Assembly: GCA_963740955.1 (NCBI GenBank)
Contig: CAVUGC010000003.1
Coordinates: 5,455-69,454, forward strand
Direction of reading: 5' to 3'
From: an uncultured Actinomycetota bacterium
GTDB taxonomy: Bacteria > Actinomycetota > Actinomycetes > Mycobacteriales > Micromonosporaceae
Length of the DNA stretch: 64,000 bases
Shown here: piece after piece, positions 44,128 to 52,737 of the stretch
Position numbering within the stretch: position 1 is the first letter of the stretch
How the letters are laid out: each line of letters opens with the position of its first letter
Program-made: the position numbers and the translations under genes
The notes under the pieces: generated by a model
Database searches by the model: none
Told to the model about the DNA's origin: nothing
The model's input: the letters and a program-made list of their open reading frames with translations, nothing else

Positions 44128-44147
44128 GATCGCAGCCGCCGCGAGGT

Positions 44148-44360
44148 TCACTCCTGGTCGGGGACCCAGCGGAGGAGGTCGCCGGGCTGGCATTCGAGGA
44201 CGCGGCAGATCGCCTCGAGGGTGGTGAAGCGGACGGCTTTGGCCCTGCCGTTCTTCAGGACGGCGACGTTGGCGGGCGTGATCCCCACGGCCGCGGCGAA
44301 TTCGCCGACCGACATGTTGCGTTTGGCGAGCTGCACGTCGAGGTCGACGATGATCGGCAT
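44148..44360 (-). CDS. XRE/Cro (YozG-like) HTH regulator
   Basis: MPIIVDLDVQLAKR, GITPANVAVLKNGRAKAVRFTTL, CQPGDLL. Confidence 0.92.
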   Translation of the reverse strand: MPIIVDLDVQLAKRNMSVGEFAAAVGITPANVAVLKNGRAKAVRFTTLEAICRVLECQPGDLLRWVPDQE

Positions 44361-44851
44361 CAGACGACCTCGGCCATCTCGGTCTCGAGGTTCGTTGCTT
44401 TGCGCAGCAGGCCGCGCATGACGACCATGAGCATCATGAAGGCCACCCCGACGCCGACGCACACGATCGAGCCGAGCCAGAGGCTGAGTGTGTCCATGCC
44501 GTCGACTCGGCTGGGGGCGAAGGTGAGGTGCGCGGCGGTTGCGAACGCCAGCAGGGTCGCGGCGAGTGCGGCGCCGATGATCGTGTCGATCCACCGGAAG
44601 GCCCGCGGGGAGAAGATCGACTCGCGCTCGACCATGGCGAGCAGCATCCACAGCGCCACGAGCGCGACTTGGACGCAGGCGACGCCGAGAATGCCCACGG
44701 CCGTGTAGATCTCGTTGATCGGACCGATGGGGTAAGTGACGCCTTCCATGTCGGACAACGTGGTCGGGATGACGATGATCTGGCCGAAGAGGCCGAAGAA
44801 GATGACGGCGCCGATGCCGGCGCGCAGGACGATGGTGAAAAATTTGCTCAT
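44360..44851 (-). CDS. DUF2975 membrane protein
   Basis: IFSPRAFRWID, VMRGLLRKATNLETEMAEVV; translationally coupled to the XRE gene. Confidence 0.88.
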   Translation of the reverse strand: MSKFFTIVLRAGIGAVIFFGLFGQIIVIPTTLSDMEGVTYPIGPINEIYTAVGILGVACVQVALVALWMLLAMVERESIFSPRAFRWIDTIIGAALAATLLAFATAAHLTFAPSRVDGMDTLSLWLGSIVCVGVGVAFMMLMVVMRGLLRKATNLETEMAEVV

Positions 44852-44994
44852 GCATCGATTATCGATCGGTTCCTATCGAAAATCAATAGATCGGCGGCGG
44901 TTGGCACGACTTCGGGAGCAAGTGACCGCTCCCGGCTCGGCGCTCGCAGGACGCCGCCGCCCATGCCGAACCCGTCACCGGCTGAACGCGAACG

Positions 44995-45876
44995 TCACCG
45001 GTCTTCGGCGGCCGGTTCGCGCGGCAGCGCGTCGAGGAGCGCCCTCGTCGCGGCGGCCAGCCGTTCGGCGTTCACCGGATCGAGTGAGCTCAACGTGAGC
45101 GGCAGCGTCCTGCCGCGGTCGATCGCCGCGAGCGGAGCCGGCGGCGGACGGTCGATGAAATCGTGCATGGGCGCGACCGACTGCTCGACCGGACGCGCGG
45201 CGAACCTGGCCAGGGCCCGGATGACCAGGCGCGCGGCGGCCGGCAGCGTGCTGAGGTCGCCGCTCCTGGTGAAGCCCGGGTGGTACAGCACGTACCGGGC
45301 GGGTCCCTGCCCCGCGGCGTAGGCGACGCCGAGCAGGTCGTTCGCGCGCCCGGCCTGGAGCTGGGCGGCGATCGCGCCGTACTTGCGCTCGAGTTGCAGG
45401 TCGTCCCAATGGATCGCGCCCTTCGTCATCCCGACCCCGGCGACGTTGACGATCACCGGGCCCCGGCTGCGGCGCAGCAGCGGAGCGAGCTCGTGGCCGA
45501 GCACGTAGCGGCTGAGGTAGTAGAGCGCGAAGGTGCGCTCCAGTCCCTCACGGGTGACGACGCGTTGCGGCGACGGACGATTCGCGAAGAGGCACAAGGC
45601 GTCGACCACGTCATGGCGGGCGGCGATCTCGCGGATCACCCGCCGCGTGGCCGCGACGCTCGACAGGTCGGCCTGCACGAAGTGCACGCGGTCGGCGGCG
45701 CCGATCCGCTCCGCATCCTCGAGAAGCCGCCTCCCTTTGACCGGGCTGCTGCCGATCGCGACCACGCGATCGCCGCGTTCGGCGCGGCCGAGGGCCAGCG
45801 CGCGCCCCATCCCGTCGGTGCCGCCGCTGACGACGATGACCCGGGGGTCTTGCGAGTTCGATTGCGGGACAGGCAT
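44995..45876 (-). CDS. Short-chain dehydrogenase/reductase
   Basis: VVSGGTDGMG, ADLSS, TREGLERTFA..YLSRY, HPG. Confidence 0.85.
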   Translation of the reverse strand: MPVPQSNSQDPRVIVVSGGTDGMGRALALGRAERGDRVVAIGSSPVKGRRLLEDAERIGAADRVHFVQADLSSVAATRRVIREIAARHDVVDALCLFANRPSPQRVVTREGLERTFALYYLSRYVLGHELAPLLRRSRGPVIVNVAGVGMTKGAIHWDDLQLERKYGAIAAQLQAGRANDLLGVAYAAGQGPARYVLYHPGFTRSGDLSTLPAAARLVIRALARFAARPVEQSVAPMHDFIDRPPPAPLAAIDRGRTLPLTLSSLDPVNAERLAAATRALLDALPREPAAEDR

Positions 45877-45957
45877 GTGCTGCATCCTCAGAAGGTTGTT
45901 CTCAATACGAACTACCATCGTCAGGAACCACCGCCGATCGCGCAAGGAGGCAGTTTC

Positions 45958-46370
45958 ATGTCCGGTACGCACACGGAAGTGCCTTCCATGGTCAGCGCGC
46001 CGCTGCCCGATCCGGTGCCGGTGGACGAGTACGAGCGGTGCCCGGCCACCGACGTGTTCAGGCGGATCGGCGACAAGTGGTCGATTCTGGTGATCGTGCT
46101 GCTCGGGAAGCGCCCGCACCGGTACAACGAGCTTCATCGCGGGATCGAGACCATCAGCCAGCGGATGCTCACCCGTACGCTCCGCGCCCTGGAGACCGAT
46201 GGGCTGGTGCACCGCGAGGTGTTCCACACGAATCCGCCGAGTGTCGAATACCGCCTCACGCCGCTCGGGCGGACGCTGCTCGCGCCCCTCTCTGGCCTGG
46301 CCGACTGGGCCGTGGAGCACGGGCCCGACATCGAGGCCGCGCGAAAGCGGTCCGAGGACGCGCGCCGCGT
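45958..46370 (+). CDS. HxlR-family winged-helix regulator; normal stop missing (frame stays open to 46722)
   Basis: AAGGAGG RBS; CP..IGDKWS, RYNEL, ISQRMLTRTLRALE.DGLV.R, PPSVEYRLT.LG. Confidence 0.85.
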
Positions 46371-46371
46371 C

Positions 46372-46472
46372 TTACGGTGCGCGTCACGCCGTGCCTGGAC
46401 GAGACCGTCGACGCCTACTTCATCGACCTGGAGGTGCCGCCGGCCGGCTTCAGCTGCCCCGCAGTGCCGTAA
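46372..46472 (+). pseudogene. Orphan 3' tail resembling a TAP-like alpha/beta hydrolase C-terminus
   Basis: Reads TPCLDETVDAYFIDLEVPPAGFSCPAVP*, followed by a palindrome. Confidence 0.45.
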
Positions 46473-46479
46473 CCCCAGT

Positions 46480-46517
46480 GGCAGGGCCTGCGGCCGGTAC
46501 CGGCCGCAGGCCCTGCC
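46480..46517. terminator. Perfect 38-bp palindrome
   Basis: GGCAGGGCCTGCGGCCGGT|ACCGGCCGCAGGCCCTGCC. Confidence 0.7.
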
Positions 46518-46619
46518 CGCGTGCCCGGTCATGAACGCCGCCGGACCGGCCGCACTGACCGGGACCGGTCCCGAGCGGTTCATGGTGTCCTGCAGGTACC
46601 GCCGACCGAGGAGCGACCC

Positions 46620-48167
46620 ATGTACCCCGAGACGGAGCCCCCAGAACCGTCGCCGCCGCTGCCGCCCCGGTTCGAGCCTCAGCCGAAACCCCCGTTCGTC
46701 CCCAGGCCCGTCGACCCGATAGCCGCCATCGCAGGGAACGCCACCGCACTCGGCCTGGGCTACATGCTCATGCGCCGCCGACGCCTGGCCGCCACCGCGA
46801 TCATCGGCACGGCACTCATCCTGTCCGCGCTGGCCGCCGCCCCCGACAACCTGCCGTGGCGCCTCCTGTTCGGCCTCTGGTGGTTCATGATGTGCCTCCA
46901 TGCCCGGCACCTCACGCGTGGCACCCGGCCGGGCACCGGCCGCCGCCGCGACCGCCTGCTCGCCCTCGGCGCGGCCGGGCTCGCCCTGCTTGTGGCCCTC
47001 GGCCTGCGCACCGACGCCTGGCTGATCGTGCGCGGCGCCGAGAACGCCCACGCCGCCGGCGACTGCGTTGCGGCCGTCGACACCCTGGAGCGGTTCAACG
47101 CCGGCCATCGCATCGCCTTCGGCGCCAAGGTCGCCGAGGTGGAGGAGCAGCGGGAGGCGTGCAACCTGCTCCTGGAGGCTCGCGCCGAAGGCGGGGAAGC
47201 GGGCGCCGCGATCATGGCGGCGTACATGAACGAGGCTGCGGCGTGGGACGGCGCCGGGCTCGAGCGTGCCGCGATGCTCTTCGACGCGGCACTCGAGGGC
47301 GGCGACCTCGACACCACCCTCAAGCTCGGTTTCGGGCAGCTGAACGACACGCTCGCAACGGATCCGGACCAGACCGGCGGTGTCCGCGAGACGGTGGAGC
47401 AGTTGATGACCGGGCTCGACACGGACGCCCTGCCCTGCGACGCCCTCGCGATCGACGACTGGATCCAGGGCCAGACCTGGGAGGTGCCCGAGCTCACCGA
47501 ACCGGTGGCCGCGGCCGCCGCGTCGGTGCCGTTGCACCTCCTCGGCTGCGCCCGCGACCGGTCCACGGCGGGCGACCTCTCCGGGGCGCAGTGGGCCTAC
47601 CAGCGCTTCATCGCCGAGTACCCCGACCATGCCGACTTCCAGGCCGCCACCGACGAGCTGTACGAGGTCGACTCGCGGATCGAATTCGAGAACGTGCAGG
47701 CGCTCCTCACCGCCGAGGAGTACTGCCAGGCCCCCGCTCCCTGGCGCGGCGCGCCGGCCTTCGAGGGCCGCGGCGCGCATCCGATGTGGATGATCGGCCT
47801 CGATCCCAACGGGTACGACTTCCCGGCCGAATGGACCGCCGACAGCGTCAGGGCGACCGAGCTGATCGTCTGCGTCGACGGGCCCGAGCGGGGCGAGTTC
47901 CTGGAATCCTGCTACTACGAGGGCGGCATCAGCGCCTTCGGGGACTACACCGAGGTCAGCTTCTACGCGACCCGGATCAAGGTCAAGGTCTTCGAGCTGC
48001 GGACCGGCGAGCAGGTCGACTCGTACACCAAGGAGTTCAAAGGCGACCCCTGCCCCAAGACCCTGGAGTACGAGTACTACTACGCCGACTACGGCCCGCC
48101 CAGCGAAGTCGAGGCCGAGGTCAGCGACTCCCAGGTCCGCAGCGCCTTCGATCGGCTCCACAGCTGA
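46620..48167 (+). CDS. Membrane-anchored TPR/BamD-like protein
   Basis: GAGGAG RBS; AGNATALGLGYMLMRR + TMs; AHAAGDC..C; YQRFIAEYPDH; Cys/Tyr-rich C-terminal domain. Confidence 0.75.
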   Translation: MYPETEPPEPSPPLPPRFEPQPKPPFVPRPVDPIAAIAGNATALGLGYMLMRRRRLAATAIIGTALILSALAAAPDNLPWRLLFGLWWFMMCLHARHLTRGTRPGTGRRRDRLLALGAAGLALLVALGLRTDAWLIVRGAENAHAAGDCVAAVDTLERFNAGHRIAFGAKVAEVEEQREACNLLLEARAEGGEAGAAIMAAYMNEAAAWDGAGLERAAMLFDAALEGGDLDTTLKLGFGQLNDTLATDPDQTGGVRETVEQLMTGLDTDALPCDALAIDDWIQGQTWEVPELTEPVAAAAASVPLHLLGCARDRSTAGDLSGAQWAYQRFIAEYPDHADFQAATDELYEVDSRIEFENVQALLTAEEYCQAPAPWRGAPAFEGRGAHPMWMIGLDPNGYDFPAEWTADSVRATELIVCVDGPERGEFLESCYYEGGISAFGDYTEVSFYATRIKVKVFELRTGEQVDSYTKEFKGDPCPKTLEYEYYYADYGPPSEVEAEVSDSQVRSAFDRLHS

Positions 48168-48197
48168 GCGACGCAGGGCGGTCGAGCGCGCCTCGGG

Positions 48198-48428
48198 TCA
48201 TGTGCGGCCTCCGAGCAGGCGGTTTCCCGCGTGCTTCTTGTGGACCGCCTGTTTCGAGACGCCCAGGACCGTGGCGATCTGGGCCCAGCTGGCGCCGTTG
48301 TTGCGTGCGCGGCGGACCAGGACGGATTCGAGGCGCTCCGCTTCGGAGCGCATCTTCGCCACGGCCTGCAGGCCCCGCAACGGGTCGGGTTCGTCTTCCG
48401 CCAGCGCGGTGAACTTGTCATCGGACAT
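48198..48428 (-). CDS. Small HTH DNA-binding protein (type often found before Clp-N domain genes)
   Basis: DPLRGLQAV..LE...VRRARNNGASWAQIATVLGVSKQAVHKKH. Confidence 0.85.
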   Translation of the reverse strand: MSDDKFTALAEDEPDPLRGLQAVAKMRSEAERLESVLVRRARNNGASWAQIATVLGVSKQAVHKKHAGNRLLGGRT

Positions 48429-48476
48429 GCGTCAACCGTAGTTGACGATCACTCGATCGTCAACTACGGTTGACGC
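48429..48476. promoter_or_regulatory. Nested palindrome: two GTCAAC-N4-GTTGAC operator-like sites
   Basis: GCGTCAACCGTAGTTGACGATC-ACTC-GATCGTCAACTACGGTTGACGC, a perfect 22-bp inverted repeat abutting the HTH start codon. Confidence 0.75.
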
Positions 48477-48507
48477 CGGAGTCCGGAGTCCCGGTCGCGT
48501 TGCTCGC

Positions 48508-49659
48508 CTACTCGAAAAGGTCGTCCGCTGCTTTGCCGATGCCCCAGACGTCTTCGTCGGGGTCCTCGGTCAGGAACGACTCGCGCTCGACTTCGTTCTC
48601 GTTCTGGCCTCCGGCGCCGCGGCCGCCGCCGGCGCCCATCATGCCGCCCGTGCCCGTCTTGCCCCCTGAGCCCGTGGCGGTCCCCGCCGCCTGCGCGCCG
48701 ACCATCGTCGCCGCGCCCATGCCGCCGCCCGAGGAGGGGACGCCGCCGCTCGGGACACCGCCGCCGCCGATGCCGCCGCCCGCTCCGCCGCCACCGGAGG
48801 CGAGACCGCCGCTGGGCTCTTCGGGCGCTTCGAGTTCGGAGGGGTCGAAGGGGTCGTCGAGTTCGGGGATCTCCGGCTGCGTCATGTCCTCCATGCCCGC
48901 GGGGGTCTCCGGGGTGGTGGGTTGCTGGCTCTCCGGCTGGGTCGATTCCTGCTGCTGGTCCTGCTCGGGCTCGGCGGTCTCCTCTTCCTTCTTCTCCTCT
49001 TCCTCCTCTTTGGACTCTTCTTCGGAGGCTTCTTCCTGCCCGCCCGAGTCCTCGGTGCCGCCGGAGGAGTGGTCTTCGGCCATGGCGTGGGATTCGAGGT
49101 CCTTGCCGGTGGGGTTCGACTTGTCGTCCAAGGGCTTCAGGAGGTCCGCCGCCGTGGAGAGGGCCGCTCCGGCGGTCGCGTCGGCGGCGTTGATGAGGGA
49201 GGTGAGGGTCTGGAGCCCGAGCGTGCCGGCCATGGCCTGCACCTGGAGTCCGGCCTCGAGGAAGGAGCCGAACGGGCCCGCCATGGCGATCGCGGTGCGC
49301 TGCGCCGGGCCGAGCGTGACGAGCGGCGCGGGCTGGATGTTGAACCCGATCGCCTTGAGCGCGGCGTCGGCGGCCTTGAGGCCGGTGCACTCCAGGAGCA
49401 TCTGCGCCGCCGTGGCGGCGAGACTCCCGGCGGTGGCGGTGACCTCGCCGATGACCTGGCTGAGGTGGGTGTTCACGTTGCCGACCTCGCCGTTGAAGGC
49501 GTCGTTCGCGGTGTCCTGCCAGTGGCTGTTGATCTCGGCGACCTTGGTGCCGTAGTCGGTCTGCTGGGTGGCGAGATCGGCGGCCGCGGCGGTCATCTCC
49601 GAGGCGTAGGAGAGGAACTCCGAAGGGTTGGCCGAGAGCGCGTCCTGGTAACTGGGCAT
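48508..49659 (-). CDS. WXG100/PPE-like putative type VII secretion substrate
   Basis: Helical N-terminus with HWQDTANDAF at the WxG position; acidic linker; Gly-rich tail ending MMGAGGG..ESFLTEDPDEDVWG. Confidence 0.65.
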   Translation of the reverse strand: MPSYQDALSANPSEFLSYASEMTAAAADLATQQTDYGTKVAEINSHWQDTANDAFNGEVGNVNTHLSQVIGEVTATAGSLAATAAQMLLECTGLKAADAALKAIGFNIQPAPLVTLGPAQRTAIAMAGPFGSFLEAGLQVQAMAGTLGLQTLTSLINAADATAGAALSTAADLLKPLDDKSNPTGKDLESHAMAEDHSSGGTEDSGGQEEASEEESKEEEEEKKEEETAEPEQDQQQESTQPESQQPTTPETPAGMEDMTQPEIPELDDPFDPSELEAPEEPSGGLASGGGGAGGGIGGGGVPSGGVPSSGGGMGAATMVGAQAAGTATGSGGKTGTGGMMGAGGGRGAGGQNENEVERESFLTEDPDEDVWGIGKAADDLFE

Positions 49660-49668
49660 GGGGTCCTC

Positions 49669-49995
49669 CTATGGCTTCGGACGTGGTGGGGATCTGGTCT
49701 CTGGATGCCGCCGAAGCGGGAGCTCATCTCCTTGTCGGCGGCGTCGAGGTCGTCGGCGCTGCCGACGACCTGGTCGCCCTGCCAGGTGAGGCGGCGCTCG
49801 ATGCCGGTGGAGACGGCGGCGAGCGCGGTCTGCCAGCGGCGGCCCGCCTCGCCGGTGGCGAAGCCGGCGTTGCTTCTCGGCCGCGGTCGCCGCCGGGCGC
49901 TCCACCCGCCTGGATGCGGCCTGGCTGTTCGGGGCCAGGCTGCGCAGGCCGGTGCCGCCCGTTCGCACATCGTCAACGTCCATGTGCATGGTCAT
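49669..49995 (-). CDS. ~105-aa ESX/WXG100-like partner protein (frameshift near 49873)
   Basis: GAAGGAGG RBS; joined frames MHMDVDDVRTGGTGL..GFATGEA..W..VVGSADDLDAADKEMSSRF. Confidence 0.6.
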   Translation of the reverse strand: MTMHMDVDDVRTGGTGLRSLAPNSQAASRRVERPAATAAEKQRRLRHRRGGPPLADRARRRLHRHRAPPHLAGRPGRRQRRRPRRRRQGDELPLRRHPETRSPPRPKP

Positions 49996-50199
49996 GGGCT
50001 CCTCCTTCTCCGAGGTGTCGACGCCCTCGCGGGCGGACGCCCGGCGGCGTCAGGAGTACTGTCGCGCGCCCTGTCACGGGTCGGTCCCGGCGCGCACTTG
50101 ATCAACCCATGACGGATTCGTGACGACGCCGGCTTTCCATGGGCCGCACACGCAATCGAGGCCCGGGATCGGGCCGTCACGTGAGGAGGTGCGCCGCCG

Positions 50200-51755
50200 A
50201 TGACCGATGAGCTTTTCGCCGGTGGTGACGACCCGGCCACTGACGACCGGTTCGCTGGAGCTGCCGACGTTCGAGTTCACGATCGCCTTCGGCGACACTT
50301 CGGCGCTGGGTTCGGGCGACCGCGCCGGCTGCTTCGCGGCGGCAGTGCCCGCACCCGGTGGCGCACCCGGCGGAGGAGGACTGGGTGCAGTTGGCCTCGG
50401 CGGTGCCGGTGGAGGGGCAGCGGGACCGGTTCAAGCCGCGGTGCGAGGGCATGGCGTACCCGACGGAGGAGGACTTCCGGGCCGCGGTGACCGCGGTGCG
50501 GCCGGAGGACGCGGACGCGTTCTCGTTGCAGCGCTTGCGCACCGGTTGGACCGAGGAGGTCGGGACGCGGGTGGGGACGTGGCCGGAGCGGTTGCAAGTC
50601 GAAGCTGGCGGCGCTCGCGGAGGGCTGGGCCGGGGAGGACTTCGACGCGTTCGTCGGTGCAGGCCGAGCGAGGCGCGGACCCTGGTGGAGGGTGCGCTCG
50701 ACGACATCGAGGCCACCGTCGCGGAGCTGGCGAGCCGGTGAGGCGGCGATCTACACGCTGCAGGGCGGCGACTCGGGCGAGATCCCTTATCCCGCACCGA
50801 TGGTCGGGACCGAGGGCGAGTGGTCGAACCTCGTTGCGCTGCATGTGCGCCCGGCCTGGTGGCACGGCGACTGCATCACGATGACCTGCGAGGAGGCCGA
50901 GAAGGCGCTGGAGTTGGCGGGGGCCGACGCGGGGCTGGCGACCGAGGTGCGGGAGTTCGTCGAGGAGCGGGTGGGGCAGCAGCTCTCGGGGCTCGGGGCG
51001 CTGGTGTCGGAGGTGCGGGCGCTCGTGGGCGAGGAGGCGAAGGAGGTCTTCTCGCGAGCGGGTGGCGGCCGAGCTGGCGGCGTACGTGGAGCGGCAGGCC
51101 GCGATCGACGAGGCGATCGCGGAGAAGCGTGCCGGGCAGAGCGCGGAGCTGGAGGCGGTGCGGACCACGGGCGAGGACCGGCCGTACCCGAACTCGCGCC
51201 GACGACGTCCTATATGGATCTGGCGGTGCCGGAGGCGGAGCAGCCCGCCGCGCCGGTCGCGCCGCAGACGACGCAGGACCCGAGCCCGGTGCCGCCGGGC
51301 GGCGACGGGACGGTGATGGCGGAGGAGGCCCCTTGGGAGAGCGAGGAAGCGGACGACGACGAGGCCGTCGGGCGGCCTCGCGAGCGGCGGCGGCGGTTTC
51401 GGGGGCGGCGGTTCGGGCGGCGCGCGCGGCGGCTCGCGGCGGCGGTGGCCGCGTGCCGGGGGCCGCGATGCCGACCACGACAGGCGGTGTGCCGCAGGGC
51501 CTGTTCGGCCCGGCGGTGACCACGCCGACCACCGCGACCACGGCCGGGTCGCGGGCGGCTCGAGCGGCGGGCTGTTCCACGGCGCCGAACGCGGCGGCGG
51601 CGCGCCGGCAAGGGCGCGAAGGCGTCGGAGCGTTCGGAGCCGGAGAAGAAGCACGACGGACGACGGAAGGCGAGGAGGAGCCGCAGAACCTGGCGCGGCG
51701 CGAGACCGGGAACGTCTGGGGCTACATCAAGCCGAACGAGGACCCCTACAACTAG
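50200..51755 (+). CDS. WXG100-domain/Gly-rich-tail protein (several frameshifts)
   Basis: GAGGAGG RBS; LAALAEGWAGEDFDAF WxG motif near 50605-50650; GGLASGGGG linker; C-terminal RRETGNVWG. Confidence 0.55.
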
Positions 51756-51781
51756 GCGCTCACGCGGAGGGAGGCAAGACC

Positions 51782-52141
51782 ATGGCGGATCGGGTGTTCG
51801 ACCCGGAGGCGATCGGCGAGTACCGGCAGTTCCTGCTGGAGCTGATCGAGGAGCTGGAGAGCGAGGTGCTCCCGGTGCATGGCGACCGGGACGCTGAGCC
51901 GGGCCCCGGCGTTCGGCACCGCGCCGGGCGCGGCCGAGAACGCCACCGGCCAGTACCTGGAGTTCCACGCGGCGATGTGGCGGAACCTGCAGTACCTGCG
52001 CGGCACCCTGTACGGGCTGGACGCGGCGCTCGCGGAGATGACGAGCGGCGACGACCAGGCGGCGGTCTTCTTCGACTTCGACCGCGGTCGACCCGACGAC
52101 CGGTGCGAGCTGAATCGCGGCGGCTTCCACGCCCCGAATGA
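51782..52141 (+). CDS. Small helical protein, possible PE/WXG-like partner (frameshift near 51878; end uncertain)
   Basis: GGAGG RBS; MADRVFDPEAIGEYRQFL then PAFG..QYLEFHAAMWRNLQYLRGTL. Confidence 0.55.
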   Translation: MADRVFDPEAIGEYRQFLLELIEELESEVLPVHGDRDAEPGPGVRHRAGRGRERHRPVPGVPRGDVAEPAVPARHPVRAGRGARGDDERRRPGGGLLRLRPRSTRRPVRAESRRLPRPE

Positions 52142-52156
52142 CGAAAACGGAGACCG

Positions 52157-52498
52157 ATGTCCCAGTCCGATCCCGACGCCCCCAATCCCGTGGGCGCACT
52201 GCTCGTGGGGCTCCTCGTGGGGGGCTTCATCCTCCTGTGCGGGTTCAACTTCCCGGCGGACGAGCTCGAATTCGACGGCCATTCGGTGGCCGCGAACGAC
52301 TACTGCTACGACTTCAGCGGCGATTACAACGAAAGCGACTCGAACCGCTGCTCCGAGGTCGCCAACGTCGTATCCGACCGGTCCGGCATCCGGGCGTTCT
52401 TCAAGGTCGTCGGTGTCGGCGTGATCGTCGCTGGGCTCATCTGGGCCGTCGCGGAGGCGTCGAAGCCCAGGGACGGAGAGCCGGGGGCGCGTTCATAG
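52157..52498 (+). CDS. Small two-TM membrane protein with a Cys pair in the loop
   Basis: GGAG RBS; two hydrophobic helices flanking YCYDF..NRC. Confidence 0.6.
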   Translation: MSQSDPDAPNPVGALLVGLLVGGFILLCGFNFPADELEFDGHSVAANDYCYDFSGDYNESDSNRCSEVANVVSDRSGIRAFFKVVGVGVIVAGLIWAVAEASKPRDGEPGARS

Positions 52499-52550
52499 GC
52501 CCGGGCCGTGACGACCATCCACATCCCCCACCCACCCAGAGGGGATGCGC

Positions 52551-52585
52551 GGGTCCCGGCGCGATCGTGGCAGGAGGGTCCGACA
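52551..52585 (-). repeat. Repeat family copy 12 (divergent core)
   Basis: Reverse complement TGTCGG-ACCCTCCTGC-CACGAT-CGCG-CCGGGACCC; first 12 nt identical to copy 2. Confidence 0.55.
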
Positions 52586-52737
52586 TGAATCGGGCCCGAT
52601 CGGGCCCCGCCGCGGCGAAGTCACCCGAAAGAGGTCGCCGAAGTGGCCGGCGGCATCCGAGCGGTACGAGACCGGGCCCCGGAACGACGTCGGCGGCCGT
52701 CCCGGTTCGGGACGGCCGCCGCGTTCGGAGTATTCGG

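Noticed and set aside
50060-50095. Possible 13th repeat copy TGTCGC-N9-CACGGGT
   Set aside because: Spacing is off and the GGGGGCCC tag is absent; too weak to call.
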